Assembly (NCBI GenBank): GCA_963717935.1
Contig: CAVQXP010000002.1
Location: forward strand, 64,001 to 128,000
Source of the DNA: Candidatus Eiseniibacteriota bacterium
GTDB lineage: Bacteria > Eisenbacteria > RBG-16-71-46
Length of the DNA: 64,000 nt
Direction of reading: 5' to 3'
Part shown: piece after piece, positions 40,283 to 49,961 of the stretch
Numbering within the stretch: position 1 is the first letter of the stretch
How the letters are laid out: each line of letters starts with the position of its first letter
Translations under genes and position numbers: made by a program
The notes under the pieces: generated by a model
Told to the model about the DNA's origin: nothing
Databases searched by the model: none
Seen by the model: the letters and a program-made list of their open reading frames with translations, nothing else

Positions 40283-41859
40283 GCCGGGCTGCGGCGAAGA
40301 AGGGACACGGCCTGGCCGGCATCGCCGCGCTGAACGCCTCCGCCAGCCTGGGCGCGCGGCTCACGACGCTGATCGTCGGCATCATCCTGACGCCGTTCGT
40401 GCTCCACCGGCTGGGCCGGGAGCTCTACGGCATCGTCGCGGCCGCCGGGGCCCTGCTCGAGTACCTCTGGCTCCTGCGCGGGGGGCTCGGCACCGCCATG
40501 CGCCGCTACGTGACCGTCAGCTATCACGCGGGGGACCGCGACCTGGCCGAGCGCTACTACTCCGTCGGCTTCTGGTGGACGGCGGTCCTGCGCACGGTGG
40601 TCGTCGTGGTCGGCGCGGCCCTGGCGCACGGTCTCTGCCTGTTCATGCGTGTCCCGACCAGCCTCCTGGCGGATGCGACCGGGGGCCTGGTGCTGTTCTT
40701 CATCGCCGCGGGACTGAGCGACACGGGCGGCATCCTCGAGCTGCCGATCTACGTCACCGGTCACACCGCGTCCCTGTCCGTCGTGCGCGCGGCCGGCGCG
40801 GTGCTGAAGATCGCGCTCGTGATCCCGGCGTTCCTGATCTTCGTGCCGAGCCTCATGGCGTACGGGGTGGCCATGTGCACCGCGGAGCTGACCGTCGCCG
40901 TCGTCATCGGCATCCTGAGCGCCAGGAAGCGGGTCATGTCCTCGGTCTTCCCGCGCCCGGAATTCGGGTCGCCGGCCCTGCGCAAGACGCTCTTCCAGTT
41001 CGCGAGCCTGGGGTTGGTCTCGCAGGCGGCGGCCATCCTCTACCTGGCGACGGACAATCTGCTGATCGGCCGGATCTACGGGCCCGCCCAGGTGACGGAG
41101 TACTCGCTCGGGACGCGCTGGGCGCCGATGATCACCGGCTTCCTCTATGCGGGGGTCTCGGCCCTGGCGCCCCTGCTCACCCAGATGGACGCGCGGAAGG
41201 AGGTCGACCGGACCCGGAGGGTGGTGTTGCGCGCGGCGGCCTTCAGCTCCGCGCTGGGGGTCCCGATCTGCCTCGTGCCGTGCGTGGTGGGGGACGTCTT
41301 CCTCGCCCGCTGGGTCGGTCCCGAGTACCAGCGCAGCGCGCTCTACATGATCGCCATGCTCGTGCCGACGCTGATCGGCATCACGCTGGAGCCGATCTGG
41401 ATCGCCCTGGTCGCGCGGGGGAAGATCGGCTGGATCGCTCTCAGCGACATCATCGTGGCCGTGGCCAATCCCGTCCTGAGTCTCGTCCTGGCCCTCCACT
41501 TCCATCTCGGGCTCCTCGGCTTCGCGCTCGGGAACACGGCCGCCCTGCTGGCCAAGAACCTCCTGCTGCGTCCGCTCCTGAACCGCGGGGACGCGGCGCT
41601 GCCGCCGCTGCGGGCCATGCTCCTGACCCTGCCGGCCGCGCTGGCCGGCGGTGCGCCCGCGCTCCTGCTTCTCTACTTCCTCAAGCCGCTCTACTCCCAG
41701 TCGCTCTCGGCGGTCCTGGTCGCGGGCATGGCGGGCGGCCTGCTCTGCCTTGCCGGGTCCCTGCTGACTGCGGTCGGCTGGCGGGACACGCGCGCGATGG
41801 CGTCCGCCCTGATGGCGCGGCTGCGCTCCGCCGATTCCCACGGGCCAGCGGCCTCCTGA
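40279..41859 (+). CDS. Polysaccharide flippase (Wzx/MOP family)
   Basis: GTGA overlap with GT4; LTPFVLHRLG.E.YG, TDNLLIG; many TM segments. Confidence 0.82.
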   Translation: MSRAAAKKGHGLAGIAALNASASLGARLTTLIVGIILTPFVLHRLGRELYGIVAAAGALLEYLWLLRGGLGTAMRRYVTVSYHAGDRDLAERYYSVGFWWTAVLRTVVVVVGAALAHGLCLFMRVPTSLLADATGGLVLFFIAAGLSDTGGILELPIYVTGHTASLSVVRAAGAVLKIALVIPAFLIFVPSLMAYGVAMCTAELTVAVVIGILSARKRVMSSVFPRPEFGSPALRKTLFQFASLGLVSQAAAILYLATDNLLIGRIYGPAQVTEYSLGTRWAPMITGFLYAGVSALAPLLTQMDARKEVDRTRRVVLRAAAFSSALGVPICLVPCVVGDVFLARWVGPEYQRSALYMIAMLVPTLIGITLEPIWIALVARGKIGWIALSDIIVAVANPVLSLVLALHFHLGLLGFALGNTAALLAKNLLLRPLLNRGDAALPPLRAMLLTLPAALAGGAPALLLLYFLKPLYSQSLSAVLVAGMAGGLLCLAGSLLTAVGWRDTRAMASALMARLRSADSHGPAAS

Positions 41860-41905
41860 GCCGTCCGCCCGGCGGACGCGCAGGGGAAGGGGCAGGCGTC
41901 GTAGT

Positions 41906-42006
41906 GCGGAGCCTGTGTGCCGGGTTGGCCGAGCGCATGGTGCCTCTGCTCGGTCAACCCGGCACACAGGCTCCGCGACGGTCCGCAAGGCTCCGCGACG
42001 GTCCGC
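41906..42006. repeat. 29-bp-stem inverted repeat plus short tandem repeat
   Basis: gcggagcctgtgtgccgggttggccgagc / gctcggtcaacccggcacacaggctccgc; aggctccgcgacggtccgc occurs twice with 20-nt period. Confidence 0.75.
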
Positions 42007-42024
42007 GCGCATCAAGCCCGCGCC

Positions 42025-42411
42025 TCAGTACTCCGTGTAGGACTTCTCCTCGAGCAGGTCGGAGCCCAGCGCCACGTTCAACTCGCGCTTGAGCGCCGCG
42101 CGCCGGTCGTTGGTGCGGTAGACCGAGCGCGCCAGCTCGACGAACTCGCCGTCGAAGCACTGCTCGGCCTCGTGGCGGCGGATGCGGTCCTCGATCTCCC
42201 ACAGCGTCTCGTTGACGGCCTTGAGCCGGGCGACGAGGGGCGCCACGTCACGCCCGGAAAGCGGCGAAGCCGTCCAGACGCTGCGGAGCTGGGCGAGCTC
42301 CCGGCGTACGTTCGAGAGCTTCGCCGGGTCGGCGATGCGCTCCGCCTTGATCTCGAGGATCGTGAGCTTGTCGAGGAACTCGCCGGGCGAGGTCTGGACG
42401 TTCAGGTGCAT
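42025..42411 (-). CDS. DUF6165-like small protein
   Basis: SPGEFLDKLTILEIK, VNETLWEIEDRIR, FVELARSVY..ND.RA..K, EEKSY. Confidence 0.8.
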   Translation of the reverse strand: MHLNVQTSPGEFLDKLTILEIKAERIADPAKLSNVRRELAQLRSVWTASPLSGRDVAPLVARLKAVNETLWEIEDRIRRHEAEQCFDGEFVELARSVYRTNDRRAALKRELNVALGSDLLEEKSYTEY

Positions 42412-42781
42412 GGGATCGATTCCAGGTCGGGGAACGGAAGCGCGGAGCGACGATCGGGCGGCAGTATAGCGCGGCCACGCCCGGTGACGCGCGGGGGCCG
42501 TGCATTCCGGGGCCCGCGGGGCGACCGGCCGTCACGGTGTCTCTGCGATCGCCCGGCCCTGGCGGCCTGCTTGAACGGCACCGCCGTGGGCATGCATAGT
42601 GGGACCGGAAGGCGCGCTTTCCGGCGATGCCGTGCCAGTCGCGGGAAGGGAGCCGTCTCCGGCAGGGAGCCGCCCGCCGGGCCGGAGGTGCTGACCCCGG
42701 AAGAGGCGTCCGGACGTCCCGCCCTCTGCACTTGTCCCGGCCGTTCCCAGATCCCGCTCCTCCCGCAGGGAAGGACCCCAC

Positions 42782-44482
42782 ATGACTCGGACGACACCCG
42801 AAGCCCCCGCCTGCGCCCGCAACGGACTGATGCGATGGGCCCTGCGGGCCGCGCTGCTGATTGCGATGATCCTCGCGCCTCGCCTCGCCGCATCCTGCAC
42901 CAACATCCTGGTCACCCGGGGCGCATCGGTCGACGGGGCGACGCTGATCAGCTACTCCGCCGACTCGCACACGTTCTACGGCGAGCTGGTCCTCATCCCC
43001 GGAGGGACGTTCGGGCCGGAGGCGACCCGCGAGATCATCGAGTGGGACACGGGCAAGTCCCTCGGTCGCATCCCGCAGGTTCCGCGCACCTACTGGGTCG
43101 TCGGTAACATGAACGAGAAGCAGGTGGCCATCGGCGAGACCACCTTCGGCGGCCGGGACTCGCTGAAGGGCCCCGCGGGCATCCTCGACTACGGCTCGCT
43201 GATGTTCATCGCCCTGGAGCGCGCGGGCACCGCCCGTGAGGCGATCCGGGTGATCACGGGGCTGGTGGCCGAGCACGGTTACGCCTCCACGGGCGAGTCG
43301 ATCTCGATCTCCGATCCCAACGAGGCCTGGATCCTGGAGATGATCGGCAAGGGCGCCGGGGCCACGGGCGCGGTGTGGGTCGCGCGCCGCGTGCCCGACG
43401 GCTACATCTCCGCCCACGCCAACCAGCCGCGGATCCGGCAGTTCCCGCTCAAGGACCCGGCCAGCTGCCTCTACGCGCCCGACGTGATCTCCTTCGCCCG
43501 GGAGAAGGGGTGGTTCAGCGGCCGGGACGAGGAGTTCTCCTTTGCCGACACCTACGCCCCGCTCCTGGGCGGCAAGCTGCGCAGCTGCGAGGCCCGGGTC
43601 TGGAGCGTGTTCCGCCGCGCCGCTCCGTCGCTGGGCCTGACCGCGGACTACGTGGATGGCAGCACCCTGCAGAAGCGCTTGCCGCTCTGGATCAGGCCCG
43701 ACCGCAAGCTCTCGGTCCAGGACGTCACGGCGCTCATGCGCGATCACTACGAGGGCACGGCGTTCGACATGACCCGGGACCTCGGCGGCGGGCCCTTCGC
43801 CAGTCCGTACCGCTGGCGGCCGATGGCCTGGGAGGTGGACAGCGTGAAGTACCTGCACGAGCGCGCCATTTCCACGCAGCAGACCGGGTTCTCGTTCATC
43901 GCCCAGTCGCGCGCCGGGCTGCCGGATCCGATCGGTGGGGTGCTGTGGTTCGGCGTGGACGACACCTACATGACGGTCTACGTCCCCTTCTACTGCGGGA
44001 TCACCCGCGCGCCGAAGAGCTGGGCCGCCGGCACGGCCGACTTCGGCTCGTTCTCGCGGGAGTCGGCGTTCTGGGTCTTCAACTTCGTGTCGAACTGGGC
44101 CTACACGCGCTACTGCGACATGATCGTGGACCTCCAGGGCGTGCAGCGCGAGCTGGAGGGCCGGTTCTTCGCCGACCAGCCGGGAATCGACCAGGCGGCG
44201 CTCAAGCTTCACGAGCAGGCCCCGCAACTCGCCCGCGACTACCTGACCGACCATTGCGAGCGGCAGGGCGAGATGGTCACCGACCGCTGGCGGAAGCTCG
44301 GGGACTTCCTGCTCTGGAAGTACCTGGACGGCAACGTGCGCGATGGCCAGGGCAAGGTGACGCACCCGCCGTACCCGGAGTCGTGGTACCGCACCATCGT
44401 GCGCGACGCCGGGGACCGGGTGAAGGTGCTGAGCCCGGACGCGAGCCCGAAGCCGGTCCCGGCGATCATCACGGGTCGCTGA
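42782..44482 (+). CDS. C69 family dipeptidase (Ntn hydrolase), exported
   Basis: Signal peptide then CTNILV, NMNEKQVAIGETTFGG, LERAGTAREAI, GESISISDPNEAW, HANQPRI. Confidence 0.9.
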   Translation: MTRTTPEAPACARNGLMRWALRAALLIAMILAPRLAASCTNILVTRGASVDGATLISYSADSHTFYGELVLIPGGTFGPEATREIIEWDTGKSLGRIPQVPRTYWVVGNMNEKQVAIGETTFGGRDSLKGPAGILDYGSLMFIALERAGTAREAIRVITGLVAEHGYASTGESISISDPNEAWILEMIGKGAGATGAVWVARRVPDGYISAHANQPRIRQFPLKDPASCLYAPDVISFAREKGWFSGRDEEFSFADTYAPLLGGKLRSCEARVWSVFRRAAPSLGLTADYVDGSTLQKRLPLWIRPDRKLSVQDVTALMRDHYEGTAFDMTRDLGGGPFASPYRWRPMAWEVDSVKYLHERAISTQQTGFSFIAQSRAGLPDPIGGVLWFGVDDTYMTVYVPFYCGITRAPKSWAAGTADFGSFSRESAFWVFNFVSNWAYTRYCDMIVDLQGVQRELEGRFFADQPGIDQAALKLHEQAPQLARDYLTDHCERQGEMVTDRWRKLGDFLLWKYLDGNVRDGQGKVTHPPYPESWYRTIVRDAGDRVKVLSPDASPKPVPAIITGR

Positions 44483-44513
44483 GGCGCCGCTTCAGCGCGG
44501 AGCCCCCCGCCCT

Positions 44514-45833
44514 CTACCCACCGTATTTCCTCACCCCCGGCGGGGGCTCCTCGCCGCGGATCTTGGGCGCGTAGGTCGAGTCGGGGGCGAGGGGGGCAGC
44601 GCCCGGCGCCCGCCAGCTGGTCTCGAAGATGGCGCGCGCGTCGCGGGCGATCGCGCGGTTCATCATGGTCACCGCGAGGTTGCGGCTGGCGTGGAAGTAG
44701 TCGGGCGACCAGTTGCTCGTCCCCACCCAGGTCCAGAGCGTGTCCACGACCACGTACTTGCAGTGCTCGACGCGCCCGAAGGGGATATAGCCGCCGCTCC
44801 ACTCGGGCACCGTGGACAGCCTGACCTCGATGCCGGGCACGCGCGTGAGCGCCTGCAGCGCCTGGAGCCCGGAGGAGCCGGTCTCCCAGTCCGAGAGGAT
44901 GAGCCGCACCTTCGCCCCGCGGGCGGCGGCGCGCCGCAGGGCCTGGTCGAGCGACTCGTCGCGCAGGCGCCGGTCTCCGAGCGAGTAGGAGAGGAGCTGG
45001 AGCACGACCTCGTGGCGCGCGCGGTCGAGCGTGCGCACGATCAGGTCGCGGTCCCAGAGAGTGGTGTCGGGGATGAAGCGCCGCGGGCTCCACGAGGGCC
45101 AGAGCAGCACGGTGTCGCCGGGCGCCTGCACGATGCGGTAGGGCAGCGTGCCGCGCGCGTGCGGGACCTGCGCGGCGCGCGCCACGCGGGTGGTGTCCGG
45201 GGCCTGGCCCACCGGCGTCCCCATCGCCCAGTCCAGCTCGAAGACCCGCTGGAAATCGGCCGTCACGCGCCGGTCGCGGATGCGCACACCCAGCTCGTGG
45301 ATGTGCTTGAGCGCGCGCCAGTCGAAGTTCTGGCTGCCGAGGAAGGCGGTCTCGCCGTCCACCAGGAAGAACTTCGAGTGCTGTACGCCGCCCGCGATGC
45401 GCCGGTAGTCCACGAGCCGCACCGCGAAGCCGGGCACCTTCGCGAGCGAGTCGGCGGTGCGGGGGTAGGTGCGGTACATCGCGGCGTCGAGGAGCAGCCG
45501 CACCTTGACACCGCGTTTCGCCGCCGCGCCGAGCGCGTCGATCACGTCGTCCATGGGCTCGTGCGGCCAGGTCGAGAGGTAGAACTGCTCGATGTCGAGG
45601 GTCTTCTGCGCGCCCTCGAAGAGCTTCATCCAGGTGCCGAGCGCCGAAGGGAGCGCTGGATTGCCGAGCGCGTACTCGATGGGCCGCGTCTCGACGAGCT
45701 GGATGGGAGGCGCGGCGGATCTGGCGACCGTGACGGGCAGGCCGGCCGCGAGGCCGCCGGCGAGCAGCAGGGCGAGGAACGCGCCCGCGCGCCGGCGGGC
45801 GGGACTCGGAGCGGTGGGGCTCGGGGGCTTCAT
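44514..45833 (-). CDS. Exported phospholipase D superfamily protein (two HKD motifs)
   Basis: Signal peptide; HSKFFLVD...GSQNFDWR and HCKYVVVD...GTSNWS. Confidence 0.88.
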   Translation of the reverse strand: MKPPSPTAPSPARRRAGAFLALLLAGGLAAGLPVTVARSAAPPIQLVETRPIEYALGNPALPSALGTWMKLFEGAQKTLDIEQFYLSTWPHEPMDDVIDALGAAAKRGVKVRLLLDAAMYRTYPRTADSLAKVPGFAVRLVDYRRIAGGVQHSKFFLVDGETAFLGSQNFDWRALKHIHELGVRIRDRRVTADFQRVFELDWAMGTPVGQAPDTTRVARAAQVPHARGTLPYRIVQAPGDTVLLWPSWSPRRFIPDTTLWDRDLIVRTLDRARHEVVLQLLSYSLGDRRLRDESLDQALRRAAARGAKVRLILSDWETGSSGLQALQALTRVPGIEVRLSTVPEWSGGYIPFGRVEHCKYVVVDTLWTWVGTSNWSPDYFHASRNLAVTMMNRAIARDARAIFETSWRAPGAAPLAPDSTYAPKIRGEEPPPGVRKYGG

Positions 45834-45870
45834 GGGGCGATCCTCCCGGAGATGAGGGATGGGTGGGGCT

Positions 45871-46866
45871 TCACCAGCGCAGCGCGGCGGCGCCCCAGGC
45901 GAAGCCGCTACCGAAGGCGGCGAGCACGACCAGGTCGCCGGGGCCGACCAGGCCCAGGTCGCGCGCCTCGGCGAGCGCGATGGGGATGCTCGCGGCGGTG
46001 GTGTTGCCGCAGCGCTGGATGTTCTGGAACACCCTCTGCGGCGGCACGCCGAGCCGCTCGGCGACGGTGTCGCCGATGCGCTGGTTGGCCTGGTGCGGCA
46101 CGATGAGCTTCACCTCGTCGAGCGTGTGCCCGCACTTGCCGAGCACCTCGTGGATGACCTCGGGGAAGCGCGTGGTGGCGTGCTTGAAGACCTGGCGGCC
46201 GTTCATCTGCGGGTACTGCCGGCCCTGGGCGACCATCTCCTGCGTGATCCGCCCCTGCACCAGCGAGGTGGGCGCCTCGCACATCAGGTCCTTCGCGTGC
46301 GCGCCGTCGGAGTGCAGCACCCAGGCGAGCACCCCACGTCCGTCGTCCCCGCCGGGCTCGACCACCATGGCGCCCGCGCCGTCGCCGAAGAGCACGGCCA
46401 TGTCGCGGCCCCGGGTCGTGAAGTCCAGCCCGGTGCTCAGTACCTCGGCGCCCACCACCAGCACGCAGCGGTACTGTCCGGCGCGCACGACCGCGTCGGC
46501 CATGGCGAGCCCGTAGATGAACCCCGAGCAGGCGTTGTGGACGTCCAGCGCCCCCGCGTGGGGGACTCCCAGGCGCTCCTGCAGGAGGGAGCCGCAGCCG
46601 GGGAAGGCGTATTCCCGCGTGATGGTCGCGAACACGATGAAGTCCACGTCCGCGGGGCTCCGTCCAGCGTCGGCCAGCGCCTTGCGCGCGGCCTCGGCGG
46701 CCAGGTCGGCGGTGCCGGTGCCGGGTTCGGCGAAGCGGCGCTCGCGGATGCCCGTGCGCTCGATGATCCAGGCGTCGGTCGTGTCCATGAGCTTCTCGAG
46801 CTCGGCGTTGGTGACCACGCGCTCGGGCAGGTGCAGGCCGAGGCCGGTGATGCGCGAACGGGACAT
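45871..46866 (-). CDS. fabH: 3-oxoacyl-ACP synthase III
   Basis: GGAGG RBS; DTTDAWIIERTGIRERR, ACSGF, LFGDGAGA, MNGRQVFK, PHQAN, GNT, AFGSGF. Confidence 0.93.
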   Translation of the reverse strand: MSRSRITGLGLHLPERVVTNAELEKLMDTTDAWIIERTGIRERRFAEPGTGTADLAAEAARKALADAGRSPADVDFIVFATITREYAFPGCGSLLQERLGVPHAGALDVHNACSGFIYGLAMADAVVRAGQYRCVLVVGAEVLSTGLDFTTRGRDMAVLFGDGAGAMVVEPGGDDGRGVLAWVLHSDGAHAKDLMCEAPTSLVQGRITQEMVAQGRQYPQMNGRQVFKHATTRFPEVIHEVLGKCGHTLDEVKLIVPHQANQRIGDTVAERLGVPPQRVFQNIQRCGNTTAASIPIALAEARDLGLVGPGDLVVLAAFGSGFAWGAAALRW

Positions 46867-46892
46867 GGACCCTCCTGGGGACGGCGCCGGGC

Positions 46893-47684
46893 TCAGCGCC
46901 CGCCGAGGAGCCGGACGTAGGCCCCGAGCCAGCCCTGGCCCCACAGGAACACGATCATCGCCGCCGGGGCGAGCAGCGTGCCGAAGGGCAGCTCGCTCTT
47001 CATGCCGCCGCGACCGCGCAGCATCAGCGCCAGCCCCCACAGGCTGCCGGCGAGCGAGGCCGCGAACATCGTCAGCAGCGTGAGCTGCCAGCCCAGCACC
47101 ACGCCGAACATGGCGGCGAGCTTGACGTCACCGCCGCCCATGCCCTCGATCTTGCGGAAGACGATCCACGCCCAGCCCAGCAGCCAGAGGACCCCGCTGC
47201 CCGTGACCAGGCCCAGCAGCGCGTGGTGCGCGCCGGGGCCGAAGCCGAACAGGAGCAGCGCCGCCGCCAGGCCGAGCAGCACGCCGGGGAAGGTGAGCAC
47301 GTCGGGCAGCTCCTTGAAGTCGAGGTCGATCCAGAGCAGGGCGACGAGCAGGAAGCCCCAGAGGGCGAGCGGCAGGCAGGCCCAGACGAGGCCCACCTGG
47401 GTGAAGAGCAGCACCGCCCACGCGCCGCACAGGATCTCGGTGAGCGGGTAGCGCCAGGAGATGGGCGCCTGGCAGTGGCGGCAGCGGCCCCGCGCGAAGA
47501 CGAACGAGAACAGGGGCACCAGGTCTGCGGGCCCCAGTGCGGCCCCGCACGCGGGGCAGGCCGAGCGCCCGCGCGCCCAGGAGACCTTCCTGGGCACGCG
47601 CCAGGCGATGGCGGTGACCGCGCTGCCCATGACCAGGCCGAGGACGGCGAACCCGGCGCCGATGAAGAAGCCGGGGCTCAGCAC
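46893..47684 (-). CDS. pilD: Prepilin peptidase (A24)
   Basis: RSACPAC, RGRCRHC, IDLD, GMGGGDVKL, LPFGTLL. Confidence 0.92.
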   Translation of the reverse strand: MLSPGFFIGAGFAVLGLVMGSAVTAIAWRVPRKVSWARGRSACPACGAALGPADLVPLFSFVFARGRCRHCQAPISWRYPLTEILCGAWAVLLFTQVGLVWACLPLALWGFLLVALLWIDLDFKELPDVLTFPGVLLGLAAALLLFGFGPGAHHALLGLVTGSGVLWLLGWAWIVFRKIEGMGGGDVKLAAMFGVVLGWQLTLLTMFAASLAGSLWGLALMLRGRGGMKSELPFGTLLAPAAMIVFLWGQGWLGAYVRLLGGR

Positions 47685-47777
47685 GACGGATGACCGGGGT
47701 TGTGGGCCGCGGCGCGGTCTGGGACAATCAAGACGAGACGCGGATACCGCGCGAGCCCGTCACCGTGAGCGGGGATC

Positions 47778-48098
47778 ATGCGCATCATCCTCTTCCTGGC
47801 CCTCCTGGCCAACAGCCTCGACCTGGTCGCGACCACCCTTGGGATCCACTGGCTCGGGAATCGCGAGGGCAACCCCCTGCTCGCCTCCCTGGCCCACGAT
47901 CACTGGCTGCTCTTCGTGCTGGTGAAAGGGTTCATGGTGCCGCTGCTGATCGTCCGCCTTTACGCCCTCCGCGCCGGTTCTCCGGTGATCGCCCCCGCCG
48001 GCATGGTCGTGGTGCTGGTGGCGCTGACCCTGGCGGTGGGCCAGTGGCTGGGTTGGATCGCCGGCGTGATCCACGTCGCCACGCTCGCGCGTCTGTAG
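47778..48098 (+). CDS. Small membrane protein, DUF5658-like
   Basis: NSLDLVAT...GNREGNPL...LVK; three hydrophobic segments. Confidence 0.65.
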   Translation: MRIILFLALLANSLDLVATTLGIHWLGNREGNPLLASLAHDHWLLFVLVKGFMVPLLIVRLYALRAGSPVIAPAGMVVVLVALTLAVGQWLGWIAGVIHVATLARL

Positions 48099-48113
48099 GC
48101 CCCCTTCACTCGC

Positions 48114-48157
48114 GGCCCGGGGGCGCGGACCCGCATCAGGTCCGCCGCCCCCGGGCC
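48114..48157. terminator. Hairpin between convergent genes
   Basis: ggcccgggggcgcggacc...ggtccgccgcccccgggcc. Confidence 0.5.
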
Positions 48158-48177
48158 TTCGCTTCTGCGCCGGGCCG

Positions 48178-49473
48178 CTACTGCTGTTCGGGCATGATGT
48201 GCGGCGTCACCTCGATCACCAGGTCGCGCTTCGCGATCGAGGTGCTGCGGTGCTGGAACAGGAACCCCAGCAGCGGGATGTCGCCGAGCAGGGGCACCTT
48301 GGTGATGTCGGTGGTCTTCTCCTCGCTCAGCAGGCCGCCGATGATGACCGAGTTGCCGTCCTTGAGCCGCACGGTGGTCGATGCCTGGCGCGTGGCGATC
48401 ACGGGCAGGTCGTTGTTGGTCCCCTTGTAGCCCACCACCGAGGAGACCTCGGGCGTGATCTGCGTGGTGATGTAGCCGTCGGCGTTGATCAGCGGCGTGA
48501 TGCGCAGCTTGATGCCGACCTCCTCCTTCTCGACGCGCTGGACCGGCGCGGCTCCCCCGCCCGCGAACACGGTCCCGGTCACGACGAAGGGGATGCGCGA
48601 GCCGATCAGGATCGATGCCTCGCGCCCGTTCAGCGTGGCGATCTTGGGGCTGGCGAGCACGCGCGCCTTGCCCTCGTGGATCAGCAGATCGATGGCCGTC
48701 TGCCAGGCCAGAGCCTGCCGGGTCATCGGGCGCGAGGACCACAGGCTCTTGTAGCCGCCCGTCGAGCTGTAGAAGGGCAGCGAATCGGGCACCGCGCCCT
48801 GCTTGGCCGAGCCGGAGCCGCCCTCGACGATGACGAAGCCCTGGCTGTTGAGCTTGTCCCAGTCGATCCCGAGCTTCATCACGTCGCCGGTCGAGACCTC
48901 GAGGATGCGCGCCTCGAGCACCACCTGCCTCGCGGGCACGTCCATGACGTGCACGATCTCCTCGATCTGCGAGATCACGCGCGGGCTCGTCACCACGATC
49001 AACCGGTTGCCGCTCCTGTCCACCTGGATGTCGCCGGCGATGCTCTTGAGCGCCTCCTTGACGTCGGCGGCGTCGGCGTACTTGAGCTCCACGACGTAGG
49101 AGGAGAGCCCGGTCTCCTCCTTGAGGGCGCGCGCATCGGCCACCAGGATGGAGTTGCCGATGCGCTCGTAGGCCAGACCGGCGGCGCGCACGACCATGTT
49201 CACGGCCTGGTCGAGCGGCACGTCCTTCATGTGGATCGTGAGCCGTCCGGAGGTTGTGGCCCCGACGCCGGTGATGATGTTGAGGTCACCCTTCTCGGCG
49301 AGGATCTTGAGCACGCTCGCCAGCGGAGCGTCCTCGGCGTCCAGGGTGATGAGCCGGACCGCGGCGGGAGCAGGGGCGGGCGTTGCGCAGAGCGCGGGCC
49401 GGGCCAGGACGGAGAGGAGCCCCAGCCCCAGGGCCAGGGATGCGTTGCGGGAGGCGCGGAGGAAGCCGTTCAC
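48178..49473 (-). CDS. pilQ: Secretin (short PilQ/GspD-like)
   Basis: ITLDAEDAPL, QVVLEARILEV, LGIDW, LASPKIATLNG, GIKLRITP, IIGGL, KVPLLGDIPLLGFLF. Confidence 0.9.
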   Translation of the reverse strand: MNGFLRASRNASLALGLGLLSVLARPALCATPAPAPAAVRLITLDAEDAPLASVLKILAEKGDLNIITGVGATTSGRLTIHMKDVPLDQAVNMVVRAAGLAYERIGNSILVADARALKEETGLSSYVVELKYADAADVKEALKSIAGDIQVDRSGNRLIVVTSPRVISQIEEIVHVMDVPARQVVLEARILEVSTGDVMKLGIDWDKLNSQGFVIVEGGSGSAKQGAVPDSLPFYSSTGGYKSLWSSRPMTRQALAWQTAIDLLIHEGKARVLASPKIATLNGREASILIGSRIPFVVTGTVFAGGGAAPVQRVEKEEVGIKLRITPLINADGYITTQITPEVSSVVGYKGTNNDLPVIATRQASTTVRLKDGNSVIIGGLLSEEKTTDITKVPLLGDIPLLGFLFQHRSTSIAKRDLVIEVTPHIMPEQQ

Positions 49474-49475
49474 GC

Positions 49476-49961
49476 CTAGTCTCCTTTCTTGGGGAGCCGC
49501 AGCACGAGGGTCTCGTCCCCGCGCGCGAGAGTCACCTGGTTCCGGGTGATGCTCTGGACCCGGAATTCGTCGAACAGCGTGTTCGTCTGCACCGGATAGT
49601 CACGGCCGTTCCAGCGCAGCGTCGCGCTCGGATTGCTCTCCAGCCAGACGATGGAGGTGAGCACCGGCTGCGCGCGTGCGACCGGCGTGGCCGGCCGCGT
49701 CGCCGCCGGCCTGCGCGTCAGCAGGGGGGCGTGCGCGCGGCCGAAGGCGAAGGGGTCGCGCGCCGTGGCCGTGGTGTCGCCCGCGGCCGGAGCGAGCAGG
49801 CCCTCGATCCGCGCATAGGGGCTGACCGTCGGCGCGGCGGTGGTGTGGCGCTGGCGCCAGACCCCCCCGGCGCGCAGCGCGCCCAGCGTCTGCTGGACGA
49901 TCAGCACGAGGATCAGGGCCGCGACCAGCGGGCCGAGCAGACGCGCCAGGTCGAATCTCAT
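49476..49961 (-). CDS. PilP-like accessory protein
   Basis: Position between PilO-like and secretin; TM, RDPF motif, small beta domain. Confidence 0.55.
   Translation of the reverse strand: MRFDLARLLGPLVAALILVLIVQQTLGALRAGGVWRQRHTTAAPTVSPYARIEGLLAPAAGDTTATARDPFAFGRAHAPLLTRRPAATRPATPVARAQPVLTSIVWLESNPSATLRWNGRDYPVQTNTLFDEFRVQSITRNQVTLARGDETLVLRLPKKGD

Noticed and set aside
44514..45833. PLD as an anti-phage defence nuclease
   Set aside because: It has a signal peptide, a housekeeping context and no helicase or other defence partners
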